A stretch of DNA of 64,000 nucleotides. Source: a virus. Taxonomy: Duplodnaviria > Caudoviricetes. Made by a program: the position numbers and the translations under genes. Under the pieces are notes generated by a model, which was given only the letters and a program-made list of their open reading frames with translations, did not search any database and was not told where the DNA came from. The DNA lies in the IMG/VR virus record IMGVR_UViG_3300047160_002318, positions 4,463 through 68,462 of that record; one strand, written 5' to 3'. Below are positions 61,801 through 64,000 of the stretch, in pieces (within the stretch, counting starts at the first letter, position 1; the number at the start of each line of letters is the position of its first letter).

Positions 61801-64000
61801 GGCGTCGGCGGGGATGTTGCCCAGGCTCTTGCCGTGCAGCATGAGCGGCTTGACGGCCGGCTCCGCGTTCTTGGCCAGGTCATGGCCCTCGTCCGGCTCG
61901 ACCTTGGGCGCGGCGGCGGTCTGGGCCAGCAGCTTGGCGCTGTGCGACAGCGGCTGGAGCAGCCCGTTGCCGATCCAGTTGTCCAGCGCGGAGTTCTCCC
62001 CCAGGTGGTCCCCGCCGCCGTTCTTGTACTGGATGGACCAGGTGCCGTCCTCGTGCTTGATGTACGTGCCGTACATGGGCTCCTGGGTGTCCTGCCAGGT
62101 GGAGTCCCCCGGCTGCCCGGTGTAGATGTCGCTGCCGATGCCAGGCAGGAACACCACCTTAGGCTTGGGCTTCTCCGCAGGCTTGGCCGATGGCCAGACC
62201 TCCTTGATGAGGATGCCCTTGTCCAGCCACGCCTGGTACTTGCCCTGCACCGGCTCCTCGTAGGGCGTGCCGCTGGTGCCGTACCGGACCCACTTCCCGT
62301 CCGCGAACTTCACGTACTTCTGGCTGGCGGTCTCCGCGTCCGCGCCCTGGCCGACGTAAATGACGGCGTCGGCCGGCACCATGGCGACCAGCTTGCCCTT
62401 GACCTTGACCTCCTGGGTGGCCTCCACCACAGGCGGCTGCTCCGGGGCCTTAGCCTCGGGCTCGGCGGGCTTGGGCGGCTCAGGCGGCGGCTCGGGCTTG
62501 GCTTCCTCCTTCTTGGCCAGCCGCTGGGCAATCTTGAGCACCATGCCGGGCTCGAACGCGGTCTCCCCGCCGCCCTTGGACACGAAGATGATCTGATGGT
62601 CCGGCGTGATCCGGTAGTACATTTCCCCCGGCGCGCTGAAGGAGCCGGTGTGGCCTGGCTCCTTGGAGAACGTCCAGCCCCCGGTCTCCTTGGCCCGGAT
62701 GTACCGGGTGGCTCCCAGCTTGGCCGCGCCCCACAGCCCGGTGGCCAGCGCGTCGTCCACGTTGTCCTTGACGCCCGGCACGTCGGTGGTCTTGGCCAGC
62801 ATGACCAGGGAATGGATGTCCGTCCATTCCGACGCGGCCTTGAACTTCCACTCAGCCGTGGGCAGCTGCGCGGGCTCAGGCGGGCCGGGCGGCGGCTCGT
62901 GCACGGCCTCAGGCAGCGGCGCGGGCTTGGGCGGCTCAGGCTCCGGTGGCTTGGGCGGGATGGCTGGGGGATTCGGTCCCGGGGGCGGCTTGACTTCCTC
63001 CTGCTGCGGAAGATTGACGTTAGTCTTCAGGGCCTCCAGAACGATGCCCGCGCCCTTGTCCTTGGTCTCCCCGTTCGGCCAGTTCAGGGTGAGCGTGTGC
63101 TCGGGCGTGGCGGTGAAGTAGATGCTGCCAGGCGGATGGGTGAACCCGATGTCCCACCCGCCAGCTGATCCCTGATCAAGGAAGGCGTAGATGTCGGTCT
63201 TGTTGTGGTAGGCGTACAGGATGGCGGCGGCGATGGCCCCGCTGGAAGTCTGCGCCCAGCCCTTCTTCAGCGCACTGGTCTTCTGGCTGGCGTAGAGATG
63301 CAGCTCAGACGCCGCGTCGTGCCCGGTCTCCTGATCCGCCTTGGCCAGCTCGCCAGCATGCTCCTTCAGCGACTCCAGCATGAGCTTCTTGGTGGACCAC
63401 GCCTTGGCCGTGTTCGGGTGGGCCGTCTTGTACTTCTTAGCCTCGCCCATGTAGTCGGCCGTGGCCAGCGGGTTCCCGGCCTTCTTCATGGCCTGGCTGA
63501 AGCTCTGCTTGCCGCCCATGGTCTCTTCGAGCCAGCCAGCAGCCTCGGTCAGCTGCTCCTTGGTGGCGGTCTTGCCACCCCAGCTGTAGGTGTGCGGCGT
63601 CAGGTCCTGGGCGTGCTCGGCTGCTGCCTTGGCCTTGTCCTGGGTCTCCTCGATGATGGCCTGCTCGGCCTCGGTGGAGGACATTTCCGCGAGCTTGCCC
63701 GCCAGGTGGTGCAGGATTGCGCCCTTGACCTTGCCGACGTGCTTGGCCTTGGTACCCGTAGGTACTTGTAGCTCCGGGTACTTTGCCAGCTCTTCCTTGG
63801 AGACCTTGTCGTAGTCCATCTGCCACAGCGGGTTGCCCGCCACCTTGAGCGGACCCTTGACGTTGGTGGACTGCTTGGAGTTCAGCACGCTGATGGCGTG
63901 GTGAATCTCGTCCTTGGTGACCGGGATGCCGCCGATGTCCACCTTGACCGGCTCCGCGCCGGTCGACTTGGGCGTGGTGGGCACGGGGGGCTTCTCTGGC
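55849..64000 (-). CDS. giant polyvalent head-region protein (5'-truncated, >2716 aa) with kinase-like and ADP-ribosyltransferase-like domains
   Basis: frame open to window edge; internal repeat families; REHVLDYLLAN kinase-like region ~58690-59350; H...GGLFS...NE ART-like region ~56820-57330. Confidence 0.85.
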   Translation of the reverse strand, partial: PEKPPVPTTPKSTGAEPVKVDIGGIPVTKDEIHHAISVLNSKQSTNVKGPLKVAGNPLWQMDYDKVSKEELAKYPELQVPTGTKAKHVGKVKGAILHHLAGKLAEMSSTEAEQAIIEETQDKAKAAAEHAQDLTPHTYSWGGKTATKEQLTEAAGWLEETMGGKQSFSQAMKKAGNPLATADYMGEAKKYKTAHPNTAKAWSTKKLMLESLKEHAGELAKADQETGHDAASELHLYASQKTSALKKGWAQTSSGAIAAAILYAYHNKTDIYAFLDQGSAGGWDIGFTHPPGSIYFTATPEHTLTLNWPNGETKDKGAGIVLEALKTNVNLPQQEEVKPPPGPNPPAIPPKPPEPEPPKPAPLPEAVHEPPPGPPEPAQLPTAEWKFKAASEWTDIHSLVMLAKTTDVPGVKDNVDDALATGLWGAAKLGATRYIRAKETGGWTFSKEPGHTGSFSAPGEMYYRITPDHQIIFVSKGGGETAFEPGMVLKIAQRLAKKEEAKPEPPPEPPKPAEPEAKAPEQPPVVEATQEVKVKGKLVAMVPADAVIYVGQGADAETASQKYVKFADGKWVRYGTSGTPYEEPVQGKYQAWLDKGILIKEVWPSAKPAEKPKPKVVFLPGIGSDIYTGQPGDSTWQDTQEPMYGTYIKHEDGTWSIQYKNGGGDHLGENSALDNWIGNGLLQPLSHSAKLLAQTAAAPKVEPDEGHDLAKNAEPAVKPLMLHGKSLGNIPADATPYWSTTSKDKLEANAAAYYVKYGDGSWGIFVEGQKGDQGTSEGKQLDELVKVGALVKTGEQAAVTPDKPEEIPAILDNKLLGMVPAGSKFYKGEKPEYGYTPYYVLKPDGTWLESPYGNNLSKSYYGAAKQLEKGSIKEIPGPTAQEIADAKGAQELIAWAKTAAISKADAQKSWKHYFAEKLTGKGGGGYGDHIFQSGGGKWSATGYPPHNANEYWKVDTDSLIVEHHIKPNPQLQEGLSEKVPVSEIIDAVKGMLTPNAVTMDDGKVYKFGYYYSAKGTAYLEIKEAKSYGKYHKNKYGKAGVSAAFVWHDTKGQLVLKTPNWATSQLEKNTEYHETPKEFAPKATFANKYATTSEPGSYMLWSDDKGAHSSSFINIQSDGSASWQDKVSGEHGTLYGSFSSLEGGAVLDQYGTSVVEPGVIPTQYHLFGSPGKTYMELEALRNQLQTNTYGWVKELWNGIGGQTEFSKSKVMSFVQDKGAGVGGEEQKHAIIGLINELLNIPQQQAGSKAVAPAEVKYLKGLPPGIYGPTDVFKFVKQGYATKFAGSLDNNKLVLMGSPDLADTIKAISAEFGGGKIVGTHPAGLTKGERLAWIAAWKKGDMQAVFNLDAKGGKVSPAHPGAPDNTVTHHITWAPWDTGQIAASKDIEGTWSDLSITPLKDEVDNYLIKVNVAHAAFLSDKERRALVKAHRNHDQEAVDELSRTASERAKDGTSKPLTAPPVWHDTLQPAKSYSVFLEDAKPAASWSVQAKNDFVEHYHDALLPFAQQQVEQYGYSSAENVLAGSSSKTNTIQSWLDAELQKAKDEEMRPKWALVEGKPGYVVNQFGKEKLWFTGSKAELGKRVAVNTLARAFGFKTPKAEYAKLEDSGKPGIITDEVKPTGSLDALPGGLTSLENRQLADIAREHVLDYLLANPSSSAASMLILGGEHGGIVSAGKPGAFSDLAWKGTDLAHLDDQFKQPVSLLFDSMKNGGIGQASADEAYVAAMRTAQRMSKLSDKRLAQALEGTGLDQAGVAALTARKNALADDIKSMWDQVYSALGWTPPEVPEAAISHGIHSGFQEVDSMEHLDAAKNAGVGFFFNEPGLANGVIHSWQEYNPAGHLDIRGEAVMRGKSLKNLIAWVKQHSGDSSKLAPKDEASLHIAILKAAQTVEWHWGPDAGSQYGYFGGPETSKIFEELEATRLDLQQRLQLAEQVLEEGAASKAYQEFIDKYGDPHAVVSMAKMYLDQISTVNQTKVSGAALGFNDYPQWELKGQVFEAAGGIKVEYKQVKRYLGLDSNTVNENSWPLDPKTGHLHLKKDLSVTEEGNVWQVTLPTGEVVDISDEEESNTPKAQHGRVRFTAVAENGSSSLENIRSFFQEAGLPMQEATQASMENLYWRLVATDMADRADRKSHGAMWKVLANAVYGTGPGALAKMKGKHLGSLVDDLGAMDLPAEEENLIWREAMGTELGADKVEQWVENKSYLPHFNHYSLHSQNVPGGKPIWYRPDVTPEQVAKKNFLVNHLYSPNTDAVLVARAGGLFSSEGRIRALGTHKTGMSWGSDKIKGSSGFVFLRQNLGKGGSGDYQVWISPRVAAQLQSYSFNQDHYGNVALRHDESYWNFDKHTQHTGGSNEMMIPDAVTLLDDIEVLQAASETQRAKIIKDLKSFGITTIRGLPVEDRIVTNYGVADALAKAKAELAKQAKDWFVPSTVEWSTEPLPADATPAEKAAHAQQAAMDLESQASQIASEAGGAPFTATKNTDAFGNEYVTLNVPVVSTSTSTVGSTYNMAANSITADHLATGPVVQWQPSKWTISDGEGYTTGGTHTYHYPPKFQKLYKNVEDYPAPVWKSTYEHTEHDKSSCPFCQAYEGKDMSLAVKSMTAKQIFKKQQLHKLDQAISATDKMSEAAQAAKDAINKLADKQFDELYEETATSTLAPVFPSTTVTKSAVPPSEPKQGDLWVAGTQVSQWTGSAWNPVTLSVHSDGDGDGFDMPEEKP

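Noticed and set aside
1-64000. Integrase, attachment site, transposase, terminase or portal
   Set aside because: None recognised in this window; lifestyle and packaging strategy cannot be inferred.

Overview
High-GC segment of a large siphovirus-like phage, most likely infecting an Actinobacterium (it carries WhiB, Lsr2-like and Rpf-like genes and many leaderless genes). Almost all genes are on the minus strand. Reading in transcription order (right to left): a giant (>2700 aa, truncated by the window edge) repeat-rich head-region protein with a degenerate kinase-like and an ADP-ribosyltransferase-like domain; Mu-I-type protease/scaffold, head decoration and major capsid genes; an accessory patch (Mom/XF1762-like GNAT, cupin, decayed HNH-AP2); head-tail connectors; a ~10 kb insertion (glycosyltransferase, WhiB, Lsr2, membrane proteins, Rpf/LysM, NlpC/P60, two secreted proteins, papain-like peptidase plus holin-like genes); major tail, tail chaperones with a GGGAAAA -1 frameshift, a ~3060 aa tape measure, minor tail and a 2112 aa tail fibre/hub; then many small genes including an Acb2/Tad1-hairpin-like protein, an ADP-ribosylglycohydrolase, a Nudix hydrolase and a SPOUT RNA methyltransferase. 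Five HNH/Endo VII genes are interspersed. The non-coding signal is the least expected part. (i) A promoter-driven 79-nt cloverleaf with GAU anticodon and encoded CCA lacks essentially all invariant tRNA elbow nucleotides. (ii) At least five further intergenic elements are closed by 10-15 bp terminal stems; three surround the ADP-ribosylglycohydrolase gene and two of those display duplicated hairpin loops. (iii) A shared operator architecture (TTGAC-N4-GTCAA plus TAGRCGYCTA) sits in sigma70-like promoters. (iv) A candidate late-promoter motif, CGATT, lies exactly 13 nt upstream of four SD-less start codons. All family assignments are from motif recognition by eye; no database search or folding program was run.
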